Below, piece after piece: positions 30,463 through 41,157 of a stretch of DNA of 64,000 nucleotides. The DNA lies in IMG/VR virus record IMGVR_UViG_3300032018_000001, positions 32,001 through 96,000 of that record; one strand, 5' to 3'. Every line of letters begins with the position of its first letter. The stretch's first letter is position 1. The stretch is from a virus. The notes beneath the pieces were generated by a model. It saw only the letters and a program-made list of their open reading frames with translations. It had not been told where the DNA came from and did not search any database. The translations under genes and the position numbers were made by a program.

Positions 30463-30937
30463 CATACTGGCCAAGCTTTCTTACCTGCTACTGGAGAAGC
30501 GGCCGTTCCTGCCTACTGAAATTCTGGCCTATGCAACTATGCCGATTAGGATTGAAGCCAAAAAATGTGTATCTTCTAATGTGGAGGCCTACGGCTACGA
30601 TAAGCAGTCTCGGACATTGAAGGTTGTGTTCTCTGGGGGAGCGGAATACCGCTACCTCTGTGTGCCTGAGCAGCTGTATCAGGATTTGGATAAGACTGAC
30701 TCCAAGGGCAGCTTTATTGCTATCGTGAAGAGGATGTGCAAGGCCATACGGATTGACGGGCGCTGGTATAGCATGGAAGAGGAGAAGGGCCCTAAGGCAG
30801 CATCACCGTGCTACGACTGCAAAAGTAATAGCTGCGCTTACATAGCAGAATGCAAAGAACAGGATTTTTCTTTATTCAGAGATAAAAATGTCAAAGACAA
30901 GCAGCCCGCTACAGAAAGACCTCCAGGAAACGCTTGA
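30455..30937 (+). CDS. KTSC-domain protein
   Basis: 'VSSNVEAYGYD....LKVVF.GG..YRY..VP...Y..L....SKGSF'. Confidence 0.8.
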   Translation: MDSILAKLSYLLLEKRPFLPTEILAYATMPIRIEAKKCVSSNVEAYGYDKQSRTLKVVFSGGAEYRYLCVPEQLYQDLDKTDSKGSFIAIVKRMCKAIRIDGRWYSMEEEKGPKAASPCYDCKSNSCAYIAECKEQDFSLFRDKNVKDKQPATERPPGNA

Positions 30938-33035
30938 TGCTTTAGTAGCATCCGGGCGCTGCACGGCAGATGAGCTGGGGCAGTTTTCTGCAAAAGAGCA
31001 GGAGCTTTTAGCCAAGGCTACCCTGGAATACCTGGACAAGGGTGAATCTCTCACCATAAAAACCATAGAGTCAAGCGACTACCTTTTTGAAGTCCCTAAC
31101 ATTATTAAGTTTGTAGATGACCCCTACTACTTAGGCACGGAACTTGGCTTTGTCCGCGATGAGCATGGCCGCATAGCATCCAAGAACAGACAGATTTACG
31201 ATTACTGGCTGACACAGCTTAACGATATTTACAACAGCGCTGAGATTTACAATGAGGTACTGATTACTGGTGCTATCGGTATCGGCAAGACAACCTTCAT
31301 GAATATCATTCAGCTCTATGACCTGCTACACCTCATGGCACTTAAGAATCCTCAGCAGCATTATGGACTCATGCCAAGCACGGTTATTATTCAGGCCTTC
31401 TTTAACATCCTTATGGATTTGGCCGCGGACGTAGGCTATACTCAGTTCCAGCACATGATGGATTCTTCCGAATTTTTTCGTAAAATAATGCTCTACAACA
31501 CGAAGCTGAGAGAGGGCCTGCGATACACGCCGCCACCTAAAAAGAAAATCGCATTCCAGATAGGTTCCCGAATAGCGCACACTCTGGGCCGCGCCGTGTT
31601 CTCCGCTCAGATGGATGAGGCAAACTTTGGTATGGATACCCAGGATGACCGGCGAGCGGATGAGAAGAAGTCCCAGGTCTACGAAAACTATGTCAGCTTG
31701 CTGCGTAGAAGAGAAAGCCGCTTCCCTACAGCGCCCGGCCATTTCTGCATAGGCTCCTCCAAAAAATCCACAGCGGACTTCCTTGAAAAGCACATCGAAG
31801 ATTCAAAGGGTAAAAAGGGAGTCAAGGTTATTGATGCTGCTCAGTACATTGTGAAGGCAAACTGCTTAGACCCTATTTCAGGAAAGCCTCTCTACTCTGG
31901 AAAATTCTTTAGGGTGCTACTGGGAGACCTAACCCGCGAGCCTAAGGTGCTGGATGAGCAGGAGAAAGTAGCAGATGACCTGAAGGATAAAATCATCAAG
32001 GTTCCTGAGGAGCACAAAGTAGCCTACGACACAAACATCATTGATGCTCTCAGGGATATTTCCGGTATTGCAGCTATGCCTAAGCAGGCATTCTTTACTA
32101 ATAGAGATTTGATACGTGAGCTCATTAAGCCTGAACGTATCATTCCTTGGAAGTACACATCCATAGGAAAGACCATTCCGAATACCATTAACCTTTCCTT
32201 TTTTGGTAAAGACCAGATTCAAGATTTCCTGGTCACAGAAGGGTTATTCTGTGATAAAGGCAAGCTGCCATTCAGAAGGAATCCACGGTTTCTGTCTATT
32301 GATACCGGCTATTCCAGCAAAGGTGATGCTGCGGGTATAGCCATGACATGCCGGGCAGGTGTGCTAATCATGGAGAAGACTGGAGCAAACGGACAGCCCG
32401 AAAGATTTTACGTCCCTAAGTACTGGACGGATTTCTATATCAGAATAAAAGGAAAAAATAAAGAGGAGTTCCCTCTTTATAAGCTTACGGAATTCACAAA
32501 ATTCCTAATCCGGGAAAAGCAAATAGACATCAAAGGCTTTTCCGTTGACGGTTTCCAGTCTGTTCAAATGCAGCAGGACTTAAGAATAGCATTCCCGTCC
32601 CTGGATGTGCGCGAGTTATCTGTGGATAAGGATGACAGCCCGCACATCAACCTGAGAAATATTGTCAATGCGCGGGCTCTTGATGGCATGTACACGGATG
32701 CAAATCTCTTGACAGAGCTTTTCGACTTAGTACATATTTCTAAAACAGCCCGCGGTACGCGGGAGAATCTAAGGAAGATGATAGTAGACCACCCTACCAT
32801 AGCCTCAGATGGCTTTATTGGCAGAAAGGATGTCACGGATGCACTCACGGCGTCACTGTTCCTTTGCCGGGAGCTGGACACATCCATTTCAAATGAAGAG
32901 ATTGAAATGCAGATTGAGGATTTCAAAAAGGTAGACATCAACGACATAATTAAAAAAGCTGAAGACGAAGTGGATGCGGCAATAAAGGAAATTGACAGCT
33001 TTAAACTGGAAGACCTAAATTTTGGCGATAAGTAA
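30888..33035 (+). CDS. terL: terminase large subunit
   Basis: Walker A 'GAIGIGKT', Walker B 'MDEANF', RNase H-fold 'SIDTG...DAAG', 'DHP...KDVTDA'. Confidence 0.9.
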   Translation: MSKTSSPLQKDLQETLDALVASGRCTADELGQFSAKEQELLAKATLEYLDKGESLTIKTIESSDYLFEVPNIIKFVDDPYYLGTELGFVRDEHGRIASKNRQIYDYWLTQLNDIYNSAEIYNEVLITGAIGIGKTTFMNIIQLYDLLHLMALKNPQQHYGLMPSTVIIQAFFNILMDLAADVGYTQFQHMMDSSEFFRKIMLYNTKLREGLRYTPPPKKKIAFQIGSRIAHTLGRAVFSAQMDEANFGMDTQDDRRADEKKSQVYENYVSLLRRRESRFPTAPGHFCIGSSKKSTADFLEKHIEDSKGKKGVKVIDAAQYIVKANCLDPISGKPLYSGKFFRVLLGDLTREPKVLDEQEKVADDLKDKIIKVPEEHKVAYDTNIIDALRDISGIAAMPKQAFFTNRDLIRELIKPERIIPWKYTSIGKTIPNTINLSFFGKDQIQDFLVTEGLFCDKGKLPFRRNPRFLSIDTGYSSKGDAAGIAMTCRAGVLIMEKTGANGQPERFYVPKYWTDFYIRIKGKNKEEFPLYKLTEFTKFLIREKQIDIKGFSVDGFQSVQMQQDLRIAFPSLDVRELSVDKDDSPHINLRNIVNARALDGMYTDANLLTELFDLVHISKTARGTRENLRKMIVDHPTIASDGFIGRKDVTDALTASLFLCRELDTSISNEEIEMQIEDFKKVDINDIIKKAEDEVDAAIKEIDSFKLEDLNFGDK

Positions 33036-33418
33036 AGAAATGGCAAAAATAATTGCCGGGCACATATTCGACAGGATAGTGTCCACCAATAAGGTAATGT
33101 TTGTGTGCGGGGATTTTGTTCAGATTAACTACTTGATAAAAAATAAACCAGAGCCGCGTACTGTAAATCTTAAAATTTTAGGTGTAGGAGGAGTCCATGA
33201 GCTGCATTAGCAAGGATAGCAACGGTAAGTGTGAGTTGGCCGGTGCAGAAGATAAGAAACTGTACAATGTTGATGCTGACGGAAAATGTTTGGCGGACGA
33301 TGAAGGCGACTGTGCATTTTTCACAAATGATAAAGACCTGGAGCAGGAGATGGATATAGAAGACGGAGACGATGAGGACGGTCGGGAACGGCTGATGGAT
33401 GATTAGCTACTAAAGGTG

Positions 33419-33527
33419 TTGCATTTGATTAAAATTCTTATTATATTTATTAACAAGGAAGGAGGACGGTGCGATGCGCTTAGTCCAACACGCGCCTTGG
33501 TAGCCGAGTTGCTACCAAGGCTTTTTT
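33419..33527 (+). other. miniature transcription unit: promoter, SD, 9-codon ORF (33474-33503), terminator
   Basis: TTGCAT-N17-TATATT; AAGGAGG-N8-ATG encoding MRLVQHAPW*; GCCTTGGTAGC/GCTACCAAGGC plus T6. Confidence 0.6.
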
Positions 33528-33794
33528 GTTTTAAGGGTATTAGCAACCTACTACTATACTTGATTTTTATATTATTATCGGAAAAGGCAGGTCTGCACTT
33601 ACGGACGGAACGATGAAAAAACTGAATAAGATTTTACAGGATTACGAGAGCACTTCGTCCTCTGACATGCCCGCGTTTCAGCATATCCCCCTCACAATTA
33701 ATAAAGATAAAAACAAAGATAAGCCGTTCCTGAGCAGGATGGATTTAAAAGACATTCTGGATAATTACGGTAAGCTAATAGGGAGAAAAGTATA

Positions 33795-35615
33795 ATGGCA
33801 TTGGATATTTTCAAAAATCTGAATCAGCAAGCACAGATGGCCATGATTAAGGTCTTTGGCCTTGACCGTGCTTTCAATGATGAGAAGGGCGGCGGCATAG
33901 GCGGAAAAGATGACCTTAACAAATCGCTATCAGCCGCGCTGGGGCAGTTCAACTACAACCCGGCCTTCGCCTCTATCTACACCAGTTACGTTAAATCTGA
34001 AATTGACCGCAAAAAGCAGTACAAAGAATACGATTCGATGGAAGATGAATCAGAAGTGATTGCTACTGCTTTGGACATGTACGCGGAAGATTCTACGGAC
34101 TTTGACAGCTTTGTGGGCGCTCGCGTATGGATTACCGGTGCAGACGAAGTTTCTATAGAAGCAAACAAACTTCTGAAGCGTCTGAAGATTGAAAAGAACA
34201 TGCCCCGCATAGCAAGGAACGTGGCCAAGTACGGTGATTTCTTTTTAGGCATTCAGACGGACAAGGACAAGGCTAAAGTTGTTGAAGAGGGAATTGCTCA
34301 CGTAGAGACCTCCTACTATCCTCGTGATGTTATGCCTATTGTTCGGGACTACAAGCTCCTGGGCTACTGGGTTATGGATGCTGAGAAGGTTATGAAGGTG
34401 GCGGAAGAAGGCCTGAAAGCTCCATGGGAATTCGTACACTTTGCTATTCCTGGTGACGCCAATTTTATCACTTACGATTCACCAATGGAATACGAGACTA
34501 AGCGCAGCGACTTGGTTGAGTATGGTCAGTCGATTCTGAAAGCTTCCCGTAAGCCTTACAAGCGTAGTAAGCTCATGCACGACATTTTAGCCATTGCCAG
34601 AATTACTCGGTCTCCTCTGAAGCGCGTTTTCAAATTCCACACGGATACTAACAACCCTATTGCTCAGATTACCGCGCTTGCTATGTTCAAGAAGACACTG
34701 GAAAAAATAGGCGGCGTGGATAAGTTCAATGATAACCTGTCCTACGATGAGCTCATGAATATCATGACTCAGGATATTTATATCCCTCTGGGCAAGGATA
34801 CAAAAGGCGATTACTCCTTTGACACGCTGGGCGGAGAAGTTGAAGTAAAAGCCATTTCTGACATTGAGCTTTTCGATAATCGGCTTTTCATGTCTCTTCG
34901 CATTCCCAAAGAATTTCTGAATTTCGATGAGGCCAAGGGTGATAAGCAGACGCTGCTCCTGAAAGACATCCGCTACTCAAAGCGAATTAAGAAGCTGCAA
35001 AATGCGCTCAGGAACGGAATCAAGGAATTGATTTTCATCCATTTTGCTCTTAAGGGCAAAGTGCTTTCAGAGGATGATTTTGTTGTCAACATGGCATCCA
35101 CGTCCATATCGGAAGACTTGGAGAGGCTTGATTACTATGGCAATGCCGTTCAGACAGCTGACTCTCTGCTCCGCATGCTGGAAGGTTTCATGGTCAAGGT
35201 AGAGCCCGATGTTGAAGGCAACCCGCAGGAAGAGCAGAAGTATGACCGTGACTACCTGGCCTACTACATTCTGAAATACATCGTCAAGCTTCCTTCTTTC
35301 GACATGGACAAATTCAATCCCAAAATGAAGAGCTTTGAAGATGAGCCCAAAAACAAAGGTAAAGTTGAAAAAACAAAAGCCTTTGTGGAAAGCAACCAGC
35401 ATCTGGTCAATAGCATGCTACAGAAGAGTATGGGCCAGCTCCGGGAAGCGGCGGAAGAAATAAACTCGCTTGTGGTTAAGGACTACCGGAAAGAAGCTAT
35501 TAAGATGGAGTCTTTTGACCATGCCAGTCTGAAGGCTTACTGTGAAGGTATTATTACCGCCAAGGATAAGCTGCTTGAGAAACAAAAAGAAAGCAAACAG
35601 GTAATCGAAGAATGA
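33795..35615 (+). CDS. portal protein (T4 gp20-like)
   Basis: 'Y..M...EVIATALD', 'KYGDFF', 'YGQSIL', 'IARITRSP.KRVF', 'DIYIP', 'SLRIPK', 'DIRYSK.I..LQ'. Confidence 0.9.
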   Translation: MALDIFKNLNQQAQMAMIKVFGLDRAFNDEKGGGIGGKDDLNKSLSAALGQFNYNPAFASIYTSYVKSEIDRKKQYKEYDSMEDESEVIATALDMYAEDSTDFDSFVGARVWITGADEVSIEANKLLKRLKIEKNMPRIARNVAKYGDFFLGIQTDKDKAKVVEEGIAHVETSYYPRDVMPIVRDYKLLGYWVMDAEKVMKVAEEGLKAPWEFVHFAIPGDANFITYDSPMEYETKRSDLVEYGQSILKASRKPYKRSKLMHDILAIARITRSPLKRVFKFHTDTNNPIAQITALAMFKKTLEKIGGVDKFNDNLSYDELMNIMTQDIYIPLGKDTKGDYSFDTLGGEVEVKAISDIELFDNRLFMSLRIPKEFLNFDEAKGDKQTLLLKDIRYSKRIKKLQNALRNGIKELIFIHFALKGKVLSEDDFVVNMASTSISEDLERLDYYGNAVQTADSLLRMLEGFMVKVEPDVEGNPQEEQKYDRDYLAYYILKYIVKLPSFDMDKFNPKMKSFEDEPKNKGKVEKTKAFVESNQHLVNSMLQKSMGQLREAAEEINSLVVKDYRKEAIKMESFDHASLKAYCEGIITAKDKLLEKQKESKQVIEE

Positions 35616-36502
35616 TTAAAGAAAAATACAGCGATTACTATACAGCCAGCGGCAGCTACCGCAAGTATCTCATGAAGCAGGAATCCGCCAATACCGCGGA
35701 GATGTATGACTATTTTTCCCGGTTGGAGATTCGTTGTCGGCAGCTGCTTCGTTGCAGCGAGCTTTCTCAGGCATCAAACCCTAACATCAGCAGAATGACC
35801 GTAAAAATTGGAGAATTCATTTCTGATATGCGCGGTCTGGCGAAGAGCATCTTTGAAGAAACAGGTGACAGGCTTCACCGGCTATTTGCAGACCTGTATG
35901 ATGAGTCCGCTTCCGTTGTGGAAGGCTTTGAGCAGGAAGCAACGCAGTACCTGAGTAAGATGGAAATGCTCAGTGAGGATGCGCAGCTTATCCAAAGACG
36001 TACACACTGGAAAAAGAACCACGCTAAAAATGCGCAACGCTCTAATGCCGCTAAAATGTCGTGGCGTGCTAACCGCGAGAAGTTCAAAGTCGGCGTGAAA
36101 AAGTTCCATGCAAGCTCAGCTGGAAAACAATTTCACCGTAACCTATCGCGCTTCAGCAAACGTGCTACGGCAGAGAGTGCTAATTTCACACACGATGATT
36201 TACTGATGACGGCTAAGGGCCTTAGTAGCGCTTGCACGCACATTATCATCGAAGCTGAAAACATTCTGATTGACAACGCTGGCCGGGTGGATGAGAAGGT
36301 CATGGAAAGCGCCCTGACCATGCGGGAAGTATTTTATATTTTCAATGAAGCTCTGTGTTGCTTGGTAGATGCCGTATTTCAAGAAGACATGGAATCGGTT
36401 GCTAATGTTGTTGACATCATTAAGGACTACTATGACCTTGCTGGTGTTGGTGACGGTAATTGGCCTGACACAGACGGCGTAAGCGCTGAGTTTACGCCCT
36501 AA
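35612..36502 (+). CDS. putative prohead core/head assembly protein
   Basis: directly after portal; basic segment 'RSNAAKMSWRANREKFKVGVKKFH'. Confidence 0.4.
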   Translation: MIKEKYSDYYTASGSYRKYLMKQESANTAEMYDYFSRLEIRCRQLLRCSELSQASNPNISRMTVKIGEFISDMRGLAKSIFEETGDRLHRLFADLYDESASVVEGFEQEATQYLSKMEMLSEDAQLIQRRTHWKKNHAKNAQRSNAAKMSWRANREKFKVGVKKFHASSAGKQFHRNLSRFSKRATAESANFTHDDLLMTAKGLSSACTHIIIEAENILIDNAGRVDEKVMESALTMREVFYIFNEALCCLVDAVFQEDMESVANVVDIIKDYYDLAGVGDGNWPDTDGVSAEFTP

Positions 36503-36850
36503 TGGAATATTGTAATATGATAAAGGGTAAATGTTTTTGGGCGGACAGCGGTAAGTGCGTCTGTCCTGTTTCGTGTAACGAATACAGAAAAAAGCTAAAG
36601 GTAACAAAGGAGTAAGGTATGAACGGTGCATCTGTAAACGAAGGAATCAATGAGCAGTCTCCAGGAAGGCCGGTACTAGACAACATGAGAGTAATTCAGA
36701 AAATGAAACGGCCGGGCGAGCAGCAGATACAAGCGGACAAAGAAGCTCACGACTTTGAAGACAAATACAATACCATTTCTGGTAAATCTAAAGAGTCGCA
36801 GGCTTGGCACAACAAAAATAGAATTGACGGTTAATTAAAAAGGAGTAGTT

Positions 36851-37432
36851 ATGAGCATTCTTGGAGCTTATGCAGGAAAAGAACCGAAGAAATTTTTTCG
36901 TCTTCTGGATACGGTAGGTGATGGCAGCGGGGTTAAAAATGCGGCCGTTGACCATAGCGGTGCGGCGGTTGCTTACAAGATTAAGCCGCACACAAGCACT
37001 GACCCGAAAGTGCCGAGTGAGGTCTTTGATATTCAGAAATTGAATATTGAAATTGAAGACGCTGGTATCAAAGCAGACCTGTATGGCGGAGCAGCCGCTC
37101 TTTCCAACGGCATTCAGGTTTTAGTTTTGGATGCATCCGGAGTTAAGATTGACCTGACCAACGGCGTAACAATCAAAAAGAATTACGATTACGCCCGGCT
37201 CGGTGTGGTCAGGGAATCATCTTCCGGCGCTACAACCAATTTTGTCACCGTGAGCATTGACTTGTCAAAGCTCAATCAGTACAACTGCGGTGTGCGCTTG
37301 AACGGAGATAAAGGCGAATTCCTGGAAGTGCTCCTGCATGATGACTTCTCAGGCCTCACCAGTCATTTTTTCGTGGCACAAGGCGAAGTCGTTTCCGATG
37401 GGCCGTTCCTGGTTGATACTGTTAGCGCCTAA
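36851..37432 (+). CDS. putative virion structural protein
   Basis: Gly/beta-rich protein within the head module. Confidence 0.45.
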   Translation: MSILGAYAGKEPKKFFRLLDTVGDGSGVKNAAVDHSGAAVAYKIKPHTSTDPKVPSEVFDIQKLNIEIEDAGIKADLYGGAAALSNGIQVLVLDASGVKIDLTNGVTIKKNYDYARLGVVRESSSGATTNFVTVSIDLSKLNQYNCGVRLNGDKGEFLEVLLHDDFSGLTSHFFVAQGEVVSDGPFLVDTVSA

Positions 37433-37440
37433 GGAGCTGT

Positions 37441-38169
37441 ATGAATGCAACACGCCGGTTAGAAAGTATCCTTCTTGAAGCTGTGTACCAGCTCGGAGAA
37501 GGCGTCTATGACCCCGGAATATTTCGGGCAGTGTTCACCGCAGGAGGCCCCGCTTCTGGAAAATCCTTTGTTGCCAGTATGACTACTGGCGGTTTGGGTT
37601 TGAAAGTGCTGACCTCTGATGATTTGGTAACACTGCTCTGGAAACGTACCGGTAAGTCTTTTGACTTTGATACTTTCTCTCCGGAAGATAAAGCACACTT
37701 TAGCGCTACGCGGCAGGTAGCCAAGGATAAGACTGCAGAACGGCAAGCAAACTTTCTTGAAGGAAGACTCGGCCTTATCATTGATGGCACAGGCGCAGAT
37801 TATTCTGACATTGCAGATTTGAAAAACCAGCTAGAAGAGCTTGGCTACGATTGCTACATGGTGTTTGTTAATACAACACTGGAGGTAGCACAAGGTAGGA
37901 ACGCGGGACGTTTTGAAAGAAATCCTGGCCAAGGCAGGAAAGTTTTTGCAGATGTGCTGAATAAGAAGTGGCGGCAGGCTCAGGATAATATGTCGAAGTT
38001 TCGCGGATTGTTTGGACACAATTTTGTAGAAGTGGATAACAGCGCAGATGCTTCCATGAATGCGGAAGTTTACAGTACCGTCTGGAAGCAGATTATGAAA
38101 TTTGTTAAGCAGCCTATCAGGAATTCAACGGCATTACAGTGGATGCGGGATAAGGGAGCGCGAATATAA
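37441..38169 (+). CDS. P-loop kinase (AAA_33/zeta-toxin-like)
   Basis: 'EGVYDPGIF.AVFTAGGPASGKS', 'LIIDGTG', 'MVFVNT.LEVA..RN..R'. Confidence 0.85.
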   Translation: MNATRRLESILLEAVYQLGEGVYDPGIFRAVFTAGGPASGKSFVASMTTGGLGLKVLTSDDLVTLLWKRTGKSFDFDTFSPEDKAHFSATRQVAKDKTAERQANFLEGRLGLIIDGTGADYSDIADLKNQLEELGYDCYMVFVNTTLEVAQGRNAGRFERNPGQGRKVFADVLNKKWRQAQDNMSKFRGLFGHNFVEVDNSADASMNAEVYSTVWKQIMKFVKQPIRNSTALQWMRDKGARI

Positions 38170-38708
38170 TGCAACGCTTGTCAGCCCTTGTGGAATTCAC
38201 ACGTAAAGAAATCATAGGTGGCACCGACCCTACATTTATCCATCATAAATTTTACACAAAAGACCTGCCTAACGCAGGAGGTTCGCACTATCAAGAAATT
38301 CACAAAGTACAGGTAGCAAACAACAAGCACTACGAAGTTGTTTTCCGTACTGACTCTCGGACGTTTCCGGGAGATGATTACCTTCAAAAAATAATTTTGA
38401 TGGATTTGAATGCGATGCTTAGAGATAAAAAATCCGACCTGACATTCAAAGATAAAGTAATGTACGCGATTAACTCTGGTGATTTATTAGTAGGATGCCA
38501 GTGCCCAGCATTTCTGTATTGGGGTTATGCTTACATTACTACACAGCTTGGCATTGTGCATCCGGAGTTCAAGGAGCCGCGCACTCCCAAAGTTAGAAAT
38601 CCTCAGATGCGCGGGATTATCTGCAAACACCTATCATTAGCACTTCAGGTGCTGCCCTTCAACGCCAGCAGCATAACCTCAGACCTGAAAGACCTATTAG
38701 ATGCTTAG
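38169..38708 (+). CDS. SWIM-type zinc-finger protein
   Basis: 'CQCPAFLYWG...RNP...GIICKH'. Confidence 0.7.
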   Translation: MQRLSALVEFTRKEIIGGTDPTFIHHKFYTKDLPNAGGSHYQEIHKVQVANNKHYEVVFRTDSRTFPGDDYLQKIILMDLNAMLRDKKSDLTFKDKVMYAINSGDLLVGCQCPAFLYWGYAYITTQLGIVHPEFKEPRTPKVRNPQMRGIICKHLSLALQVLPFNASSITSDLKDLLDA

Positions 38709-38813
38709 TCTTCACTGCATTTTTGTTATAGGGCTTACTGTTATCGTAGCAGCTTTGCTACTTGCCTTACTGCTAGTGATTGATGAAACAGACCCGGTGA
38801 GCGGGGAGATCTG

Positions 38814-39548
38814 ATGCAAAAACTAAAAAATTTAGTGGATTATTCCACCTTTATGGCTGAGCTCCACAATGCGGCCACGGCCGCGGGATTCATTACTAAG
38901 GTGCTGGGGAAGGTAGACGGCGAACCGATACTGTGTCTTAGCAAGCTACAGAGCCCGGAAACGGCCTCAGGTAAGAGGAAAGTGCTCATTGCCGCAGGCT
39001 TCCATGGCAATGAGCCTGGAGGCCCGTGGGGCGTCGTAGAATGGCTTAAACAGTTCGGTAGCGTGCCCCTGGATGGTGTGGACGTTACTATCCTGCCTCT
39101 GGTAAACCCGGACGGTTTCAAAAACGACATTCGGGAAGACAATACTGACGATGACCCTAATCGCGGCTGGACAAAGAATCCTGAGCAGCATGCTTCCAAA
39201 GAGGGCATTGTTCTGCTGGGCCATATCCAGGAGCTCTATGACGCCTCTCTGGATGGATTTCTGACCCTGCATGAAAATACTGGCAGTACTTATTTTGTTA
39301 TAACAATTGATGAGAAGGGCCTGCTATCTGAAAAGCTTAAAGAGGCCGGTAGCTTGTTCTTCACTACTGAGCATACTGAAAAACCAAAAGACGATACCTT
39401 TGAAGTTTTTCTGAATAACATTGGCGTCCCTATTGTGGTTGTCTCTGAATCTCCTTCTCAGCAGCCCCTCGAAAAGCGTGCTGAGTGTAATGCTTTTGTA
39501 ATAAAAAAATTCATTGAGTACTACGATAAGATGGAATGGAATGTTTAA
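38814..39548 (+). CDS. M14-family zinc carboxypeptidase/deacylase
   Basis: 'AGFHGNEPGG', 'PLVNPDG', 'DPNR', 'LTLHE', C-terminal catalytic Glu. Confidence 0.85.
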   Translation: MQKLKNLVDYSTFMAELHNAATAAGFITKVLGKVDGEPILCLSKLQSPETASGKRKVLIAAGFHGNEPGGPWGVVEWLKQFGSVPLDGVDVTILPLVNPDGFKNDIREDNTDDDPNRGWTKNPEQHASKEGIVLLGHIQELYDASLDGFLTLHENTGSTYFVITIDEKGLLSEKLKEAGSLFFTTEHTEKPKDDTFEVFLNNIGVPIVVVSESPSQQPLEKRAECNAFVIKKFIEYYDKMEWNV

Positions 39549-39574
39549 CTGAGCACTCTGCACATACTCCATAC

Positions 39575-39610
39575 AAAAGCACCAGCAATAACGCTGGTGC
39601 TTTTCTTTTT
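39575..39610 (+). terminator. rho-independent terminator
   Basis: AAAAGCACCAGC/GCTGGTGCTTTT followed by a T run. Confidence 0.85.
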
Positions 39611-40418
39611 TATCCTTAGTATGTGAGAAAAGGTTTTATCTCGTATTAATGTAAGTGAGGAAAGAAATTTTAGTTCTTTTCTTTTAAAGAGGAATACTAT
39701 AAGAAGGTAAGACTTTTATATAGTATTATGATTAGGAATTTTTATTTAATACACTCTTCGTGTATTCAGCTATAAAGAAGTTAAGTAAAAATAATACTTT
39801 TTTATTGACTTTACCAATAAAATAAACTATTTTGATAGTATGCTAATCATCTCCAGTGCTAATACTCGCGGCGGCAAAGCTGGCAGAGGTAAAAATAAAA
39901 CCTCTACCGTGCGCGTGATGGAATTGGATATTAGTGGATTCGGCCGTATTGTGGCACAGTACCGCTATAAGGTTTCAGACCCTGCTACTTATGTTGTGGC
40001 ATTTAATAAGGCTCAAAGCTTTATCAGGAAAAATAAACCCAAGGGTGTCAAAGGATTCAACTACGGCTTATTCGGAAAGGAAAACAATGAGCAACCCTGA
40101 ACAAGTAAACAGATTCATGCAGGAGAGAGCGTGGGAATACAAGCAGGCAATGGAAGATATAAATAAGGCTGTTGCTATCTATTCCAGCTACTACGCCGCT
40201 TTCCTTCGGGGTGTGTACGAGAATGACCCTGATGTTGATATTACCCCTAAGCTTAAGCTTGCTCTCATGGGAGCTTATCAGAATATTTTGACCAAAGTAA
40301 ATACTGAGGCTAAGATTATTTCGTGGGATACAGAAACGGACGTAATAATTTTGGAGATTGGTCGCTTCAGATTGAAGTGCTATCTCAGAGACCTTAATGA
40401 AAATGAACAGGAGGCAGT

Positions 40419-41114
40419 ATGCGAATTGGAATTATGATTTTGCTTTTGCTGGCGGCGAGCCTTTTTTCTCAGGGTACAGATTACTTTACCAAGTGTGTAA
40501 AGCATGGCGGCATTTACGTGGCCATAGGTAGGAATAAAACCGGGACGTATGTGAATTACTATTTCCTAAAAACATCCAAGGATTCTGTTACGTGGGTTAC
40601 ACAGGATATGTCAATCGGAATTTCGGATGTGCGCTGGCTGGGTGATAGATTTGTTGTTCCATGCTTTTCTAAGGTTTTGTGTTCTATGGATGGTATTGTC
40701 TGGAGCGAAAGTTATGTTAGGGATTATGCTATCTGTGTTTGGGGTACTCAAGGTTACGGAAGGCCTGCTACAAATTTAGATGTGCGAATAATTGCATCAG
40801 CAGGCGGTAATAAGTACGTGATGCGTTTTCCCTATCAGTGGGTGGATGGTATTATTTGTAACATGACGGATGGATGGTACTACGGCTACTACTACTCTGA
40901 TGACAGTTGCCGGTATTGGAATCAGTATGACGGCGCGGACTGGAGCAGCGCAAATAACGCCGTAGAAAAAAGCGTGCTGCCCGCTAAGGCTGCTATGGCC
41001 AAGGCTACTGCGACTTATGACATCAGGGGAAGGCGCGTTTCAGGCATGACTCGGCCGGGAATTTATTTTGTTACAGACGGCATTATAACGAAAAAGGTTT
41101 TCAATCCGTATTAA
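40419..41114 (+). CDS. secreted protein with T9SS/Fibrobacterota-type C-terminal domain
   Basis: signal peptide 'MRIGIMILLLLAASLFS'; C-terminus 'TYDIRGRRV....PGIYFV.....KKV'. Confidence 0.6.
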   Translation: MRIGIMILLLLAASLFSQGTDYFTKCVKHGGIYVAIGRNKTGTYVNYYFLKTSKDSVTWVTQDMSIGISDVRWLGDRFVVPCFSKVLCSMDGIVWSESYVRDYAICVWGTQGYGRPATNLDVRIIASAGGNKYVMRFPYQWVDGIICNMTDGWYYGYYYSDDSCRYWNQYDGADWSSANNAVEKSVLPAKAAMAKATATYDIRGRRVSGMTRPGIYFVTDGIITKKVFNPY

Positions 41115-41157
41115 TGTGTAAAGAGCAATAAAACAATCAAACTAAATGGAGGGTACT

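Noticed and set aside
19411-35615. Introns or inteins in ligase, terminase or portal linked to the adjacent HNH genes
   Set aside because: The host ORFs look continuous and of normal length; the HNH genes appear free-standing
39600-39800. AT-rich gap as a replication origin
   Set aside because: No iterons seen; the gap is explained by a terminator and two promoters
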